A model generated the notes under the pieces. It was not told where the DNA came from, ran no database searches, and saw nothing but the letters and a program-made list of their open reading frames with translations. DNA of 64,000 nucleotides, from the NCBI GenBank assembly GCA_965644495.1, contig CBFFSA010000001.1:2914001-2978000 (forward strand). Direction: 5' to 3'. Shown here in pieces: positions 32,595-43,939 of this stretch. This DNA is from Perkinsela sp. CCAP 1560/9. Its lineage: Eukaryota > Protista > Euglenozoa: Kinetoplastea. The translations under genes were made by a program, and so were the position numbers. How positions within the stretch are numbered: position 1 is the first letter of the stretch; every line of letters begins with the position of its first letter.

Positions 32595-33296
32595 TCATTT
32601 GGCTCCTTGTATTTCCAATTGTTTTCTCCAATTCCGAAACTCTTGTATTAATTTTAGTCTTTGGGCCCACATTTCTTGAGCCTTTGGAGACACCAGTGGG
32701 ACTATCCCGGGTAACGAACTTGAAGCCAGAGATTGAAATATCGGACGAATACTACTACAGTCAAAACCATTTCTGTGCAACAAATTGATCAGGAAAGAGG
32801 ATAATTCAGAAGGATTGCGCTTTGCAATCTCTTCCACACGCGCCTGAATGCTCTTTCGTAGGTCATCATTTCGTAGTGGAAGACGATGTGTTTCGTGCAG
32901 CACAAGCAAAGCTTGAATCTCCGAGACAGTGGCCTTGTATGAACTTTCGGTAAGAACCCCTGCTCGCTTACTCATCTCCCATGAAAGAAACGCTGGCGTC
33001 GGAGCAGACTGCAAGATGTTTATGTTGTACGTCCAGCAAAGCCGAGGGGGTCGGGAATATGGCATGGTCGAGTGGTTCGTGCGCCATATTTGATAGCGCG
33101 TGTAAAAATGCCCTTTGTTAAATACATTCCCATACGCATGGAAGTCCGTGATATGGCCAGCTGCATGGATGCGCGACCAACCCTGATTCGACAACGTTCC
33201 GAATCCCCAGTACTGTGTATTGCTGTATGGACGGAGATCTAAATATCGTCCTCGCTCTCGGCCCACAATGTAAAATGTCTTTGAAGGTGCAAGCAT
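32595..33296 (-). CDS. hypothetical protein (possibly mitochondrial)
   Basis: ~233-aa ORF from ATG MLAPSK, rich in aromatic and basic residues. Confidence 0.7.
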   Translation of the reverse strand: MLAPSKTFYIVGRERGRYLDLRPYSNTQYWGFGTLSNQGWSRIHAAGHITDFHAYGNVFNKGHFYTRYQIWRTNHSTMPYSRPPRLCWTYNINILQSAPTPAFLSWEMSKRAGVLTESSYKATVSEIQALLVLHETHRLPLRNDDLRKSIQARVEEIAKRNPSELSSFLINLLHRNGFDCSSIRPIFQSLASSSLPGIVPLVSPKAQEMWAQRLKLIQEFRNWRKQLEIQGAK

Positions 33297-33538
33297 GGAT
33301 GGCAAGTAGAGGGCTTCGAAATCAAATAGTTTCCTAGTGGAGATACGTAATGTCGAAATATCACAATAAAAAGGGATTAAGAAATAAGACGAATGAAACA
33401 GTAAAAGAAATTCAACGGTTCACAAGCACGAAGAAATTTGCATTCAAATCTTTCAAATTAAATTTTGACACTTTTAGATAAAGAATGACACCTGAATTAA
33501 TGTTTCATCAAAGAGAGCACAAGTTTTGGGAGTATGTG

Positions 33539-35737
33539 TTACGCATTTTGGCCTAACGTCAATTTTTGAATCGCTGGTAACAAGTCTGCCACTTCATCTC
33601 CCGCTACTTCGGTTGCAAATTCGGATGATGCTATATAAGCTTTCATTTGATCCAAAGCACCTCGAAGTACTTCACCTTGAGGTTCTATGGCAAGTAGATT
33701 CTGCACCGCAGATAAGAAGTTCCGATTCTTCTTAGCACCGGTGATGCGCATTCCTTTACATGCTGCCTTCATAGCGAGTAAGAATTTGCTCATTCGATAA
33801 TATACGAGAGTACCTAAATAATGTGTTTCTAGCTCTTTTTCCGCGTGCGTCTCCAAAATCTTCAGATAGGATAACGAAGAAGTCAAATCAAGTGTACTTA
33901 GTTCTGGTGCAGGACCAAGTGGGGAAACACAGGAGCTGGACAATTGCCGCAAATACGGAATTACGGACTCTTCAAGTAGTGCAAAGTTCGTTCCGGACAT
34001 CTCAAGATAACACTCGACAATACCATACAGCGCCCGTTTGTGGAATGGGTGCTGAAATACTTTCGAGTTAATCATTTCTGTGTAGGCTCGCAGAGCGTAC
34101 TTCCTTAAACAATAATTGTGAAAATCAAACTGATCCTCTTTGAAAGCACGAAAGGTGTTGTCAACGAGTAAATACGTTTGAAGAGCACTGCGTAGGTCTC
34201 CCAAGCGACGTAAGGCATCCGCTAACTCGATTTCATACCACGTCACTTCGAACTCCTTAAGATTCCCGAGCACACCTTTTTCATGTGTTCGAATGAACTT
34301 TTCATACACGGCTGCTGCTTTTTCTATATTATTCGCGCGTAGCAAATATTTTACTGTTCGGTTCGTTAGATACCGATCGGAGGCGTCGAGATTACGAGCG
34401 AACAGCATGAGATCAGCTGCATCTGCAAGATTGCCTTGCCGTTTCTTTATCTTCGCCTCTACCGTATAGACATTTTCAAATGTAGGTGAGTGAAATTTCG
34501 CGGCGGCCACTTCAGCGAGAGCACGCTCATAATCACCTAACTCAGTGAAATGTTGTGCAAGAAAAATGTGAATAAAAAGCAGCAGTGTTGGATTCCGCTC
34601 CCCACCCTTTAAGGCGCCATGGATTCTTAGATCTTCCTTCCACTTTAAAAACAGGGATTCGATCGCAGCAATGCACTGCGGTCTAGCGTATAATGATTTG
34701 AGGGCGGAAAAGAGAGACGGAATATTTCCTTCCACGTAAGGACGAGCAAAGGTGATTAATCTGGTCTCAAAATCAGTTCCCTCTGTCACATCCAAACAAT
34801 AGCGAGCTATTGTTTTCGAAGGAGCCTTGAGTAAATTTTGATTGAGTTCATCAAGACAAGATAAAATTTCTTTTCGTTGCGAAGCGGTAAGTTCGGAATA
34901 TTGCACATCTGCTGCAAGTGGAAAGGAAACAGCAACATTGAGGTATTCCTTAATGGCCCTGGACGAATGCGGATTCAAGTTAAGCACCTTAATGAATGTT
35001 TGACGTGCCTCGGTAAACATGCTAAGTTTAGTTTCGCAATGGACTTGCAGTTCGAAAAGCAATAACTTATCGAGTACTTTCGCGCCGTTCTCTTTTGCAA
35101 CTGCGTACGCTTCTGTATACAGACCGCCGTCCACTAACAGTTGTATTTTGTATAGTTGCAGTTCGCTAAGCTCCAAGCGAGACTCTGTAGTAGATGTTGC
35201 CTTCTCGAAGGCGCATATTATTAAATAAGCAATGTTGTGGTTCCCTGCGAGATGATGAGCGACGGCAAGACCCAGCCAATGCACTTTCACATCCGGCTTT
35301 ACTTCAAGAAGTTTTTCTCGTGTCTGAATGAGCCCGGCAGTATCTAACAAGTGGTTCTGCAGAGTTGCCAAGTCACGCAAAATTTGTAGATTATTGGAAT
35401 CGTATTTTAAAGCATTTATGTAGCACTTTGTTGCCTCAGCGTAATTCTGTTCCCCTCGATGGATAAGCCCAAGCACGTGCCATGATACGTGAGAACGCAT
35501 GCTATGAAGTACTCCTCGCTTTGCTAACTCCAAAGGATTCTCTTCACCCCACTCTTTCTTATCCGTCTGGGAGAGACAGAGACCTTTTAGAGCGAGCGTT
35601 TCCCCATGATTGGGATATACTTTCAAGAGTTCAGAGGCATTTTTTATTCCTTTCTTGTATTGTTTGGTATCATAGTGTTTCATAATCTGCTTGTACACAT
35701 CTTCCCATTTCGGTGAAAGACTACTATCCTTGCTCAT
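33539..35737 (-). CDS. NAA15: N-terminal acetyltransferase A auxiliary subunit
   Basis: YDTKQYKKGIK, HGETLALKGL, SHVSWHVLGL, NLQILRDL, EDQFDFHNYCLRK..LRAY. Confidence 0.95.
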   Translation of the reverse strand: MSKDSSLSPKWEDVYKQIMKHYDTKQYKKGIKNASELLKVYPNHGETLALKGLCLSQTDKKEWGEENPLELAKRGVLHSMRSHVSWHVLGLIHRGEQNYAEATKCYINALKYDSNNLQILRDLATLQNHLLDTAGLIQTREKLLEVKPDVKVHWLGLAVAHHLAGNHNIAYLIICAFEKATSTTESRLELSELQLYKIQLLVDGGLYTEAYAVAKENGAKVLDKLLLFELQVHCETKLSMFTEARQTFIKVLNLNPHSSRAIKEYLNVAVSFPLAADVQYSELTASQRKEILSCLDELNQNLLKAPSKTIARYCLDVTEGTDFETRLITFARPYVEGNIPSLFSALKSLYARPQCIAAIESLFLKWKEDLRIHGALKGGERNPTLLLFIHIFLAQHFTELGDYERALAEVAAAKFHSPTFENVYTVEAKIKKRQGNLADAADLMLFARNLDASDRYLTNRTVKYLLRANNIEKAAAVYEKFIRTHEKGVLGNLKEFEVTWYEIELADALRRLGDLRSALQTYLLVDNTFRAFKEDQFDFHNYCLRKYALRAYTEMINSKVFQHPFHKRALYGIVECYLEMSGTNFALLEESVIPYLRQLSSSCVSPLGPAPELSTLDLTSSLSYLKILETHAEKELETHYLGTLVYYRMSKFLLAMKAACKGMRITGAKKNRNFLSAVQNLLAIEPQGEVLRGALDQMKAYIASSEFATEVAGDEVADLLPAIQKLTLGQNA

Positions 35738-36051
35738 GTTTTCAGCACAGAAGGACTTTCTTAATGATCATACGAGGAAGGAGAAAAAATCCCTTTGTAT
35801 CACAATTTTCTGCAAGAGTACTACGTAACTGTGATTTATAGCGCGTGATACTCATTATTATGAAACCCAACGAACGACACATACAAACGATTTTCTTTCT
35901 TATTTTTAAGGAGTATACTTCTATGCACAAGGATGGGATTTATTATAATATGCAGAGCCTTTGACAAGTAAAGTTGTATTCGAATAGGCCATAACTAAAT
36001 AATCTCATAAACTCAGTTTAAATTCATCGGGTCCTCATTTCATTTGATGCA

Positions 36052-36390
36052 CTAAATACTGTAGGGGAATACCAAATCCAGAAACGTCATAATAAATGCC
36101 ACTTCCACACCTAATAAAAAGATAGACACGGAGGATAGTCCCTCAATCCAGTCGGGCGAATACTTGTATGGGTTCTCGGGATCATAGTCTTTAAACTCTC
36201 TCGGCCACTCTGCTTGGTTAACAACGACTTTGCTACGTTCTTCATCGGTCAGTTGTGGCCTTCGCATTGGGTTTTTAAATGGCCCGACGTTATAGGAACG
36301 GATCTGAGACACGTATGCTGCGCACGGTAAAACATTCGTTATCCTTCTTGTGAGGCCGTTCGACCTTCTGCGTGAATATCGAACAATCAT
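36052..36390 (-). CDS. small mitochondrial membrane protein (hypothetical)
   Basis: ATG MIVRYSRRR presequence-like; C-terminal hydrophobic helix; the upstream part of the listed ORF looks non-coding. Confidence 0.65.
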   Translation of the reverse strand: MIVRYSRRRSNGLTRRITNVLPCAAYVSQIRSYNVGPFKNPMRRPQLTDEERSKVVVNQAEWPREFKDYDPENPYKYSPDWIEGLSSVSIFLLGVEVAFIMTFLDLVFPYSI

Positions 36391-36806
36391 TTGAAAGAAC
36401 AAAAACTTTATGTCAAACAAATGGCTAGAAGACTTTATACAGTTAACACACGAACGCGATTCCAAAATAAGTGCAAAAAATTTAATTAAAGGTGAATAAA
36501 ACTTGCGCATGCAGGTTATGTGTACAATTACAAAAACAATTCTAACACACATCTTCATGTGAATGAAGATCTTCATCCTCAATGATTACATATCCATCGC
36601 TTTGTACTATGCGAAAATTTCGATAATCAGGTTTTCTTAACCGTAATTTCTACAACCTGACCGAATAGACCATTGCGAGGAAAAGAATTTAACGTTGCGA
36701 TATGTTACTAATCCTACCATTTTTTTCAAGTGATCCTATCAAGTGAACTTCATCTGTGACAAACCTCCGGCACACTTCTCCTACCCCCATTACGTAGCAC
36801 CCCCTC

Positions 36807-39800
36807 TCACATCGACGTGTGCAAATCCTCCAACGCCTTCCACGCCGCCTGCTTCGTCTCCTCATCCAACTTCTCCACCCCCAACGCCTGGGCAATCTCC
36901 CCCCTCACCCTTTTCCACGACAGCTCCGACAACGCCTCCTCCGATAACCCCCCATACCGACGCCTCACCACCTCCTCCACCTCCGTACCCCCACCCCCAC
37001 CCCCACCCCCTCTCCCCTTCGGTGTCCCCAACAACGACACACTCCCTGAACGACTACGTACACTCCATGACCTTTCCTCCCCCCCCTCCCCTCCCCCTCC
37101 CCCCTCCTTCCCCCCTCTACACCCCCAACTCCCCACCGAACCCGACCCCCCAAACCCCAGCCTCATTACCGTAAACCCCTGCGGCAAATACACCCGTTCA
37201 CTCCCCTCCCCCCCCTCCCTCGGCTCCAACCCCTTCGGCAGTCTCACCGCCCCCTCCCACCCCCTCCCGCCGTACCCCCCACCCCCCCGCTCCCTCCCCA
37301 CCCCCACGGTCTGCTGCCGCAGCACCTCCCCCATCACCCCCTCCGTGAGGTCACACAGCACCTGGAGCCGTACCCCCCCCTCAGCACCCACGGCGTACCG
37401 GTCCCGTTGCTGCCTCATCCGTCGCAGCAGTTCCCGGAGGAAGGGCACGGAGGCCCACTGGGCGCCCCGCAGCACGGGCTCCAGGAACAACACCAGGACG
37501 CGTTGGAAGGACCCGAGGGAGTGGCGGGGGTCGAGCTCGTGGTCGTAGAGGGGGTGGTGGGAGAGGGCGTAGAGGAGCGGGGGGAGGAGGTACTCGGGGT
37601 AGAGGGCCACGGCGGAGGGGTGGGTGAGGGCGACGGGGGGGGAGGCCTCGGCAAGGGCGGTACGGAAACGGTGGAGGACGTGGGTAATGGATTGGCGAAG
37701 GAAGGAGAGGTTGGAGCGGTCGGTCTCGAGGAGGGCGGAGCACAGGAGGTGGGTGGTGCAGGACAGGGGGAGTTGGTGGGTGAGACAGAGGTGGGTGTGG
37801 AGTTTGCGTTGGAGGGTGCGGCGGTTGGATTTGTGGTCGTCGGCGCTGAGGGCGACGTGGAGGGCGTTGGAGAGGTGGGGGTTGGATTGGAGGGCGGCAC
37901 GGGCGTGGGGGAGGCGGAGGAGGCGGAGGAGTTGTTTGCAGAGCGCGAGGCGCTTGTCGACCGGGGAGGCGGTGTCGGGCATTCTCTGGGAGGTTTTGAG
38001 CATGTCGATGAAGAGTTCGGTGAAGCGGAGGGCGTCGGCGCTCCCGTCGGGGCCTTGCGCTTGGACGTGAGCTGTCAGGACACGCAGCACGGCTTGTAGG
38101 GAAAGAGCTGCATGGGGTTCACTTGAAACCGTGCAAGTGTGAGCAAGGTGGATTAAGTTCTCCACGACAGGTGCGCTCAGTGTGGAAGATCCGGACAGAA
38201 GAACCTCACGAAGGGTAATTGTCAGATGAACGAATTCCATAGATTCCGTCTTTAGTTTCTCGTTGATCGCAGCTAACATCTGATCTAATGCCTTTGGAAA
38301 GGAGAGGGCACACACTCGGAATGTCTTAGCAGCGAACTTGCATAAGTAAGAGCTGTTGATCGAGGCGTTCATACAAAGCTTGCCCAATTTTTGTACCAAT
38401 TCATGGGTTGGACAATATTTTTTTGTGGAGAGTGTTGACCCCGTGGAGACAGTATAAAGCAAATGCAAAAGGAGGGTCAGTGTGTCCTCAGGCTCTGTAA
38501 TTAGCTTTTGTTGACTTGCCAAGGAGCTTCGTGGTCGACGTGCGGGTGAAGATGTACTTACAGTTTTTGATCGTTCCGTGGTCAGCCAATCCTGTACATT
38601 ATTCAGTGTAAATTCGGTGAGAAAATCGTGAATGGATTCCAGGGTTTGGGGATCATTTATGCTCATGAAGATTAACGCACGGATAGCCGGCTCCATTTTC
38701 GTGTTCCTCTTAATATTGTCAATGGCTATATCTACTGCATCGACACTTAAGGGAAGTACAATCCTCGGCAGAACGTCTTTCTCAAAGTAGGACCCCGCTT
38801 CCTTACGTACATTCGCCTGAACCCGTCTAGTCAGTTCGACTGCTGACTTCCACTCCAACTGCCCCTTCAGTTGCGCAAACTCTCGAGCGATTTTCTCGTC
38901 CTTAATGTTGATCAGACTGATCCATTCTGTTTTTGCATCTCCAGTAGAACTCGGGATGGCCTTTGACAAGAAGTTTATTAATTTGTCCATGTCATCTCGC
39001 GATATTTTTTCTGAGCGTGAAGAAAGCACCTTCTTGACCACCGTTCGAAGTCGGCCCATACGTCCCAATATTTCTTCCATGACCTTTACGGCGTATCGGT
39101 CTAACGAGCAGCAAAGATCAATGAAACTTGGTGAAGAACGTATCATTGAGCTCAACGCAAGTTCTACGGAAGAACGGTTCGTACCGTCATCGGTGACGTA
39201 CACATGGAGGATCTCATTCGGTATCCATTGCTTCACAGATGCAGGTATACTGGATGTGCCGAACAGATTTGCTAATTGATTTATCGCCGCAATTCTCACG
39301 CTGGCTTTCTTGTCCCTGCATCTTGTCCCCACGGCTTTGAGCAACCCTTGTGGCGTGCTTGATCCTGCTGAGGTAAGGATGACATTGACCGCATTTCGTC
39401 GCACAGATTCCTCCGCATCAATCAATTTAGATTGCAATGGATCGGAAAGCACGTTCCACAACTGAGAATGGTAGGGCAAATGAACGGTTTTCGCGAGAAC
39501 AATACCACCAAATTTCACCATCTCATTTCTGTTTCCCACACGGGCGTCCCAGTAGCGGGTTAAAAAGAGTTGACTGGGTTGAGAACATTCCAACAAAAGC
39601 ACTGGTACGCTACTGTACAGTTTACACAAAGCTTTAATCAAAATCGAACGCAAATCAACGTTCTCGGATTTCAGAAATTCAACAATGCTAGCTAAGGCCT
39701 GCCCTACACAACGAGGACTGGCGTTCGCTATCTTTGTGACCAAGCGAACAATATCAGCAAACTCTTCCATTACTTTTTTCTGCTGTGCCTGACGGGTTCC

Positions 39801-40607
39801 TTCCGAGAGATCACATTCAAGCAGTTTTTCCATCACAGCATCCCAGTCCTGGGTGAGTTGAACACCCACGAGTCTTTGAAAGTTCTCACCAGCGCGAGAG
39901 AAAACGAGTTGTGCCACAGCCGAATCCTTGCGCACGCCCTGTAATAAAATATGAAATTGTCGATCACCGACTCCACCTGTGGCCGTAATCACATCTGTAA
40001 TTAGGCTCGCCATGTGCGAATCCGACAATTCGTACGACTTGCTGTGGTCTAGCAACGCATCGGTAAGTTTGGCAATACCTTCCTCATTAATATTACTCGG
40101 CGTAGCGGCGGCAGGCTGTTTTTTACACAGAGCGTATAGTACGTGCACGGTGCTGAGGCACTCCAAAAGGTGAACTAAATATGCACGGGGGAGCTGCTTT
40201 CTAGAGGAGCTGGAACGCATACGCTCAAAAGGCGATGTGAGAAGAACAAACGCATCGCTTGTCTTGTCTTCAGCAAAGGGAAACTGTGGAGCGACAACAC
40301 GCAGAGCGTCACCCACGATACATGCGGCAAGAAGTACTATTTCAGCATTCACGTGCTGGGCAATTTCCTTTTTCAGGAGTTGATGCAAATACTCTGGAGG
40401 TAACGGGCCGGACTCTTTCTCTGGTACTTGGGGATATGAACTCATAAATTTTGCTTGCTCTATTAAATGAGAAAGCAGGCTCTTGGTATCGTGATTGCGA
40501 AAAATGGCAAGCGATGTTTGCGGCTTCGCTTTCTTGCGAGCTGGAGCCTGCTCCATCGAATCAAAGTCAACAACGTCCATGTGGCAAAAAATCGTATTGA
40601 AATACAA
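36807..40607 (-). CDS. PDS5: sister chromatid cohesion protein PDS5-like (HEAT repeats)
   Basis: LAACIVGDALRVVAPQFPF, LIDAEESVR, RCRDKKASVR, WIPNEIL, YPEYLLPPLLYALSHHP. Confidence 0.85.
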   Translation of the reverse strand: MYFNTIFCHMDVVDFDSMEQAPARKKAKPQTSLAIFRNHDTKSLLSHLIEQAKFMSSYPQVPEKESGPLPPEYLHQLLKKEIAQHVNAEIVLLAACIVGDALRVVAPQFPFAEDKTSDAFVLLTSPFERMRSSSSRKQLPRAYLVHLLECLSTVHVLYALCKKQPAAATPSNINEEGIAKLTDALLDHSKSYELSDSHMASLITDVITATGGVGDRQFHILLQGVRKDSAVAQLVFSRAGENFQRLVGVQLTQDWDAVMEKLLECDLSEGTRQAQQKKVMEEFADIVRLVTKIANASPRCVGQALASIVEFLKSENVDLRSILIKALCKLYSSVPVLLLECSQPSQLFLTRYWDARVGNRNEMVKFGGIVLAKTVHLPYHSQLWNVLSDPLQSKLIDAEESVRRNAVNVILTSAGSSTPQGLLKAVGTRCRDKKASVRIAAINQLANLFGTSSIPASVKQWIPNEILHVYVTDDGTNRSSVELALSSMIRSSPSFIDLCCSLDRYAVKVMEEILGRMGRLRTVVKKVLSSRSEKISRDDMDKLINFLSKAIPSSTGDAKTEWISLINIKDEKIAREFAQLKGQLEWKSAVELTRRVQANVRKEAGSYFEKDVLPRIVLPLSVDAVDIAIDNIKRNTKMEPAIRALIFMSINDPQTLESIHDFLTEFTLNNVQDWLTTERSKTVSTSSPARRPRSSLASQQKLITEPEDTLTLLLHLLYTVSTGSTLSTKKYCPTHELVQKLGKLCMNASINSSYLCKFAAKTFRVCALSFPKALDQMLAAINEKLKTESMEFVHLTITLREVLLSGSSTLSAPVVENLIHLAHTCTVSSEPHAALSLQAVLRVLTAHVQAQGPDGSADALRFTELFIDMLKTSQRMPDTASPVDKRLALCKQLLRLLRLPHARAALQSNPHLSNALHVALSADDHKSNRRTLQRKLHTHLCLTHQLPLSCTTHLLCSALLETDRSNLSFLRQSITHVLHRFRTALAEASPPVALTHPSAVALYPEYLLPPLLYALSHHPLYDHELDPRHSLGSFQRVLVLFLEPVLRGAQWASVPFLRELLRRMRQQRDRYAVGAEGGVRLQVLCDLTEGVMGEVLRQQTVGVGRERGGGGYGGRGWEGAVRLPKGLEPREGGEGSERVYLPQGFTVMRLGFGGSGSVGSWGCRGGKEGGGGGEGGEERSWSVRSRSGSVSLLGTPKGRGGGGGGGGTEVEEVVRRRYGGLSEEALSELSWKRVRGEIAQALGVEKLDEETKQAAWKALEDLHTSM

Positions 40608-40821
40608 TGAATCATACTTTCAAGAGAGAGCTCAAAATTTAACCTGCTATATTAATTCTGTTTTTACAAAGTGACCCAAAAAATATGGGATGAATTTAAG
40701 CTTAGTTAAAATAAGAAAAAGAAACTCGTTTCTTGGTTTTTTTAAAAGGGGAAAACAGCAATAGTCGTGATATAGGGGTATGCTCCGATCGAAATGCCAA
40801 CAGACAGTGGATGTAATGAGA

Positions 40822-41529
40822 TCATGTTTTTCGAGCATGTACATGATCCCGGTGAGCAACGTATTCCATTGAGGCTTTAATTAAAGGCTTAAACAGGTCT
40901 CGAAGCCTGTTGCCTAAGAGATCCACAGCGGCTTGGTCTCGACAATCTCGATTCCACACACTCAGTCTCGCGCCGCTGGTTCGACGGGAGAACACAATGC
41001 CGACGACAGTCTCCGTGGGGTTGTCTTTTTCAAGCGCGCCGCCCACCACAGCCATAACCAGCTTCTCCCACAGAGCATCGTACAGAGGACGCTGACTTCG
41101 GGTCAAGCTGCAGGTCCATTTTCCACCCGACTCGTTGGCCGCATCTTCCCACATGGGGCGAATGCCGTCGCGAAAGTAGTAGTAGGTACACCCGGACGGT
41201 GTCTTATCGACAACCCAGGAAGGTATGGAGTACGGAGGTTGCATTCTGCGAAACATCTGCCAAAACGTTTCTACAGTAGAAAAGCTGTCCACTCTCCGGA
41301 GTTGACTTTCCCACGTATCCGACCCAGCAGCTTCAGATTGTGCCTCTGGATGGCCATGTGGCTTAGACCCAGAAATAAAACCGAATCGCCATATCGTCCA
41401 CGTGGAGGACAGGGGATGGGTGCCCATGGTTGATACTGGGGTATGTGTGGCGTGCCGTCCAGATCCCGATAATTTATCTTCATCTAATTCTAAGAGCTCG
41501 CCTTCAATATTATCAAGATCATCAAACAT
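40822..41529 (-). CDS. eIF4E: eukaryotic translation initiation factor 4E family
   Basis: HPLSSTWTIW, FSTVETFW, YFRDGIRPMWED..N..GGKW, LSVWN. Confidence 0.95.
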   Translation of the reverse strand: MFDDLDNIEGELLELDEDKLSGSGRHATHTPVSTMGTHPLSSTWTIWRFGFISGSKPHGHPEAQSEAAGSDTWESQLRRVDSFSTVETFWQMFRRMQPPYSIPSWVVDKTPSGCTYYYFRDGIRPMWEDAANESGGKWTCSLTRSQRPLYDALWEKLVMAVVGGALEKDNPTETVVGIVFSRRTSGARLSVWNRDCRDQAAVDLLGNRLRDLFKPLIKASMEYVAHRDHVHARKT

Positions 41530-41723
41530 CGGTAATCCGAAAAAAAGGTCTGAAAACTCCTCTTTGATTAAGTATAAATAAATCGTCTTACAATGTAAGA
41601 TACATTGTTGAACTGCAGTACCCTGTTGATCCTAACATTCAGATTATTTCAATAGTTACTATACATGTGAGCGGCTGCGGGTGAAATCTCGATGAAACCC
41701 CGCTACCCACGGCCACTCATGTA

Positions 41724-42570
41724 CAGGGGGTGACACTTGAACCTGGGGGGTCTAAGATTTGTAAAAACAGCTCAGCTTTGAAGAATAATGCGGCGTTGGA
41801 GAGCTCTCTCCGAGTTGTTTGCCTTCGGCGTATTCGGACCGCCCAAGTTAAACAAATTAATTCGAAGACAAAAAAACATGGGTTTTTCATGTGAAAAATT
41901 GTTGATTTTTCTTTTTTCCCCTTTTTATGACACAAAAGCGAGTTCGCTCGAGGACATCGCATGGTACATTGTCTGCCTGATCGTATTCTTCTCCCACAAA
42001 GCTCCACAATGCTTCTAGTAGCAGAGTATGAGCAAACACAGTCTTTCTACCGAACATCTTAGAACTTTAGGGTGCACGAAGACACTATAAAGCGATGGAT
42101 TGAACGCCATTTGGCGACTGGGGATATCGAAAGTCACGTTCCTTTGCGTGCTTCCCTTGTTTCCACTCCTCTCCTCAAGGAAACAGCGTTAAAAGTAAAT
42201 GGTGACGGTCAGGGATGTGACTTACATGTATGTCATTCCGTCCTTGAGAGAACTCCTAAGGGAGCTGCATCGACGAGAATTTTTGTGTCCTAAGGAATAT
42301 TTAATCAAAGAAGGAGATAATCAAAGTTCCTTTTTAGCACCTCACAAGATTCGCCGAATGCAATTCGCGAACGACATGATGCAGCTCTCCGATAAAGCTC
42401 TCGAGGAAATTGTTTTTTCTGACCAAAAAAAATATTGTTGCAAAGCATCAGCGAAATTGCTTTGTACTAAGACATGTAACTCTGAGAGAGCTCTGCAATG
42501 CGCTATTCTTTTTGAAAATTGGGAAGTTTTTACAAGTTTTAGACCCCCCAGGTGCAAGTGACACCCCCTG
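41724..42570 (+). mobile_element. internally deleted Tc1-like element with imperfect TIRs of ~90 bp
   Basis: TA-CAGGGGGTG(A/T)CACTTG.ACCTGGGGGGTCTAA at both ends; internal relics TIKRWIERH..TGD and HKIRRMQFA...IVFSDQKK. Confidence 0.85.
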
Positions 42571-42578
42571 TATACACA

Positions 42579-43867
42579 TACATGAGGGGCTGCGGCTACA
42601 CAGCCATGAGGGGCTGCGGGTCGCGGGTTCGGCGCGGGTTCGGTGCGGGTTCGGTGCGGGTTCGGTGCGGGTTCGGTGTGGGTTTGGCATCGGCTGAGGC
42701 CTTCTCAAGCTCAGGTCAACTTTGCAGAAAACGCAGGCTTTGAAGCACAAGACTAACCAAAGGAGAAAGAATAAAATTTCGTATGTAGTAGAATTGCAGT
42801 GTTAGACCCTAAACTTTCGTTTTCAGGGTTTGTAAAAGGTTTATAAAAGCAAGATTATATATATTTCCCCTCTTGCAATAAGCCACAAGATCATCAGACC
42901 TTGGGCCCCGAAGTTGTGGCAAAATGTGCGAAGCGTGGGTTAGACCAAAAGAGAGTCCAAGAAGCTTGCTGTGTCTACGAAGGGTGGACAGTATGCCAAC
43001 GGAAACTGACATTCGCACTTGTGGCCCAGATGCTCTGCATAATACAGCGAAGCTTTACTGTGGGCAAGTCGAAAGTTTATCGTCGTGCGGCAACTTCTGT
43101 TGCGGAATACCACAGCCCTTCAGTGTGTTAACGGCTTTTTCACTCTTTTAACGTCAAATATTACATCTGCAACATTGGCTCCCTACCCACGAACGCGAGA
43201 TACGCTCGAAGGTGAATTTGATCGCTTGATCAGTGATTCGGGACGACAAGTCCAAGAAGATCCTGGGAAAGCTCAGCTTCGCAAAAATACAAGCATATCC
43301 GAGTATTCCGTCAAGCAATAAATCGGATTCACTTTTCGGAAACGCACGCAGAACGTGAATTTGGCGACATGCTTCACATCGAGAATAAGAAGCGTCATCT
43401 TGCAAATGATCTGTTGGAAGGTAGGGTGCGTGTGCTTTTTAACAACCCACGAAATCTTAATCGACACAAGGTACGCTTGTCCCCCGAAGAAGCACTACCC
43501 GCTTATCCCTCGGAGTACAACACACGTACCACTGGGTGAAGCTACTTCAAGGAAAAGAGCACTCACAAATAATTTCTTCTACTATTGGATCTTCACGTTG
43601 CGTGCAAGGCACTGGATGACTTGCAGATTGTTCGGTGATGGGAAGACAGAAATTAATTATTACTGATACTGACTTCAGACGATAGGAAAAGTTGTTTAAG
43701 TACAAAATATCAGAAGTCAATGCTCAAGAAAGGACTGTATCGGCATTTTCTTCACCGGGATTCCATATGCTAAAAAACTGGAAAATGGTTCATTTTGACC
43801 CCAAATGCGAAGCGCGGGTTCGGTGGGGGTTCGGTGATGCACACCCGCAGCCTCTCACCTACATGTA
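42579..43867. mobile_element. unclassified TIR element remnant with subterminal 11-bp repeats
   Basis: Termini TGAG(G/A)GGCTGCGGGT at ~42607 and inverted at ~43843-43857; (GCGGGTTCGGT)n at 42623-42683 and 43813-43836; interior is broken ORFs. Confidence 0.5.
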
Positions 43868-43939
43868 TACATGTAGGTGTATCGTGAATATTATTGTCCA
43901 TAATTAAAATTCTCTCAAACCGTCGCTTTACAAAACAAT

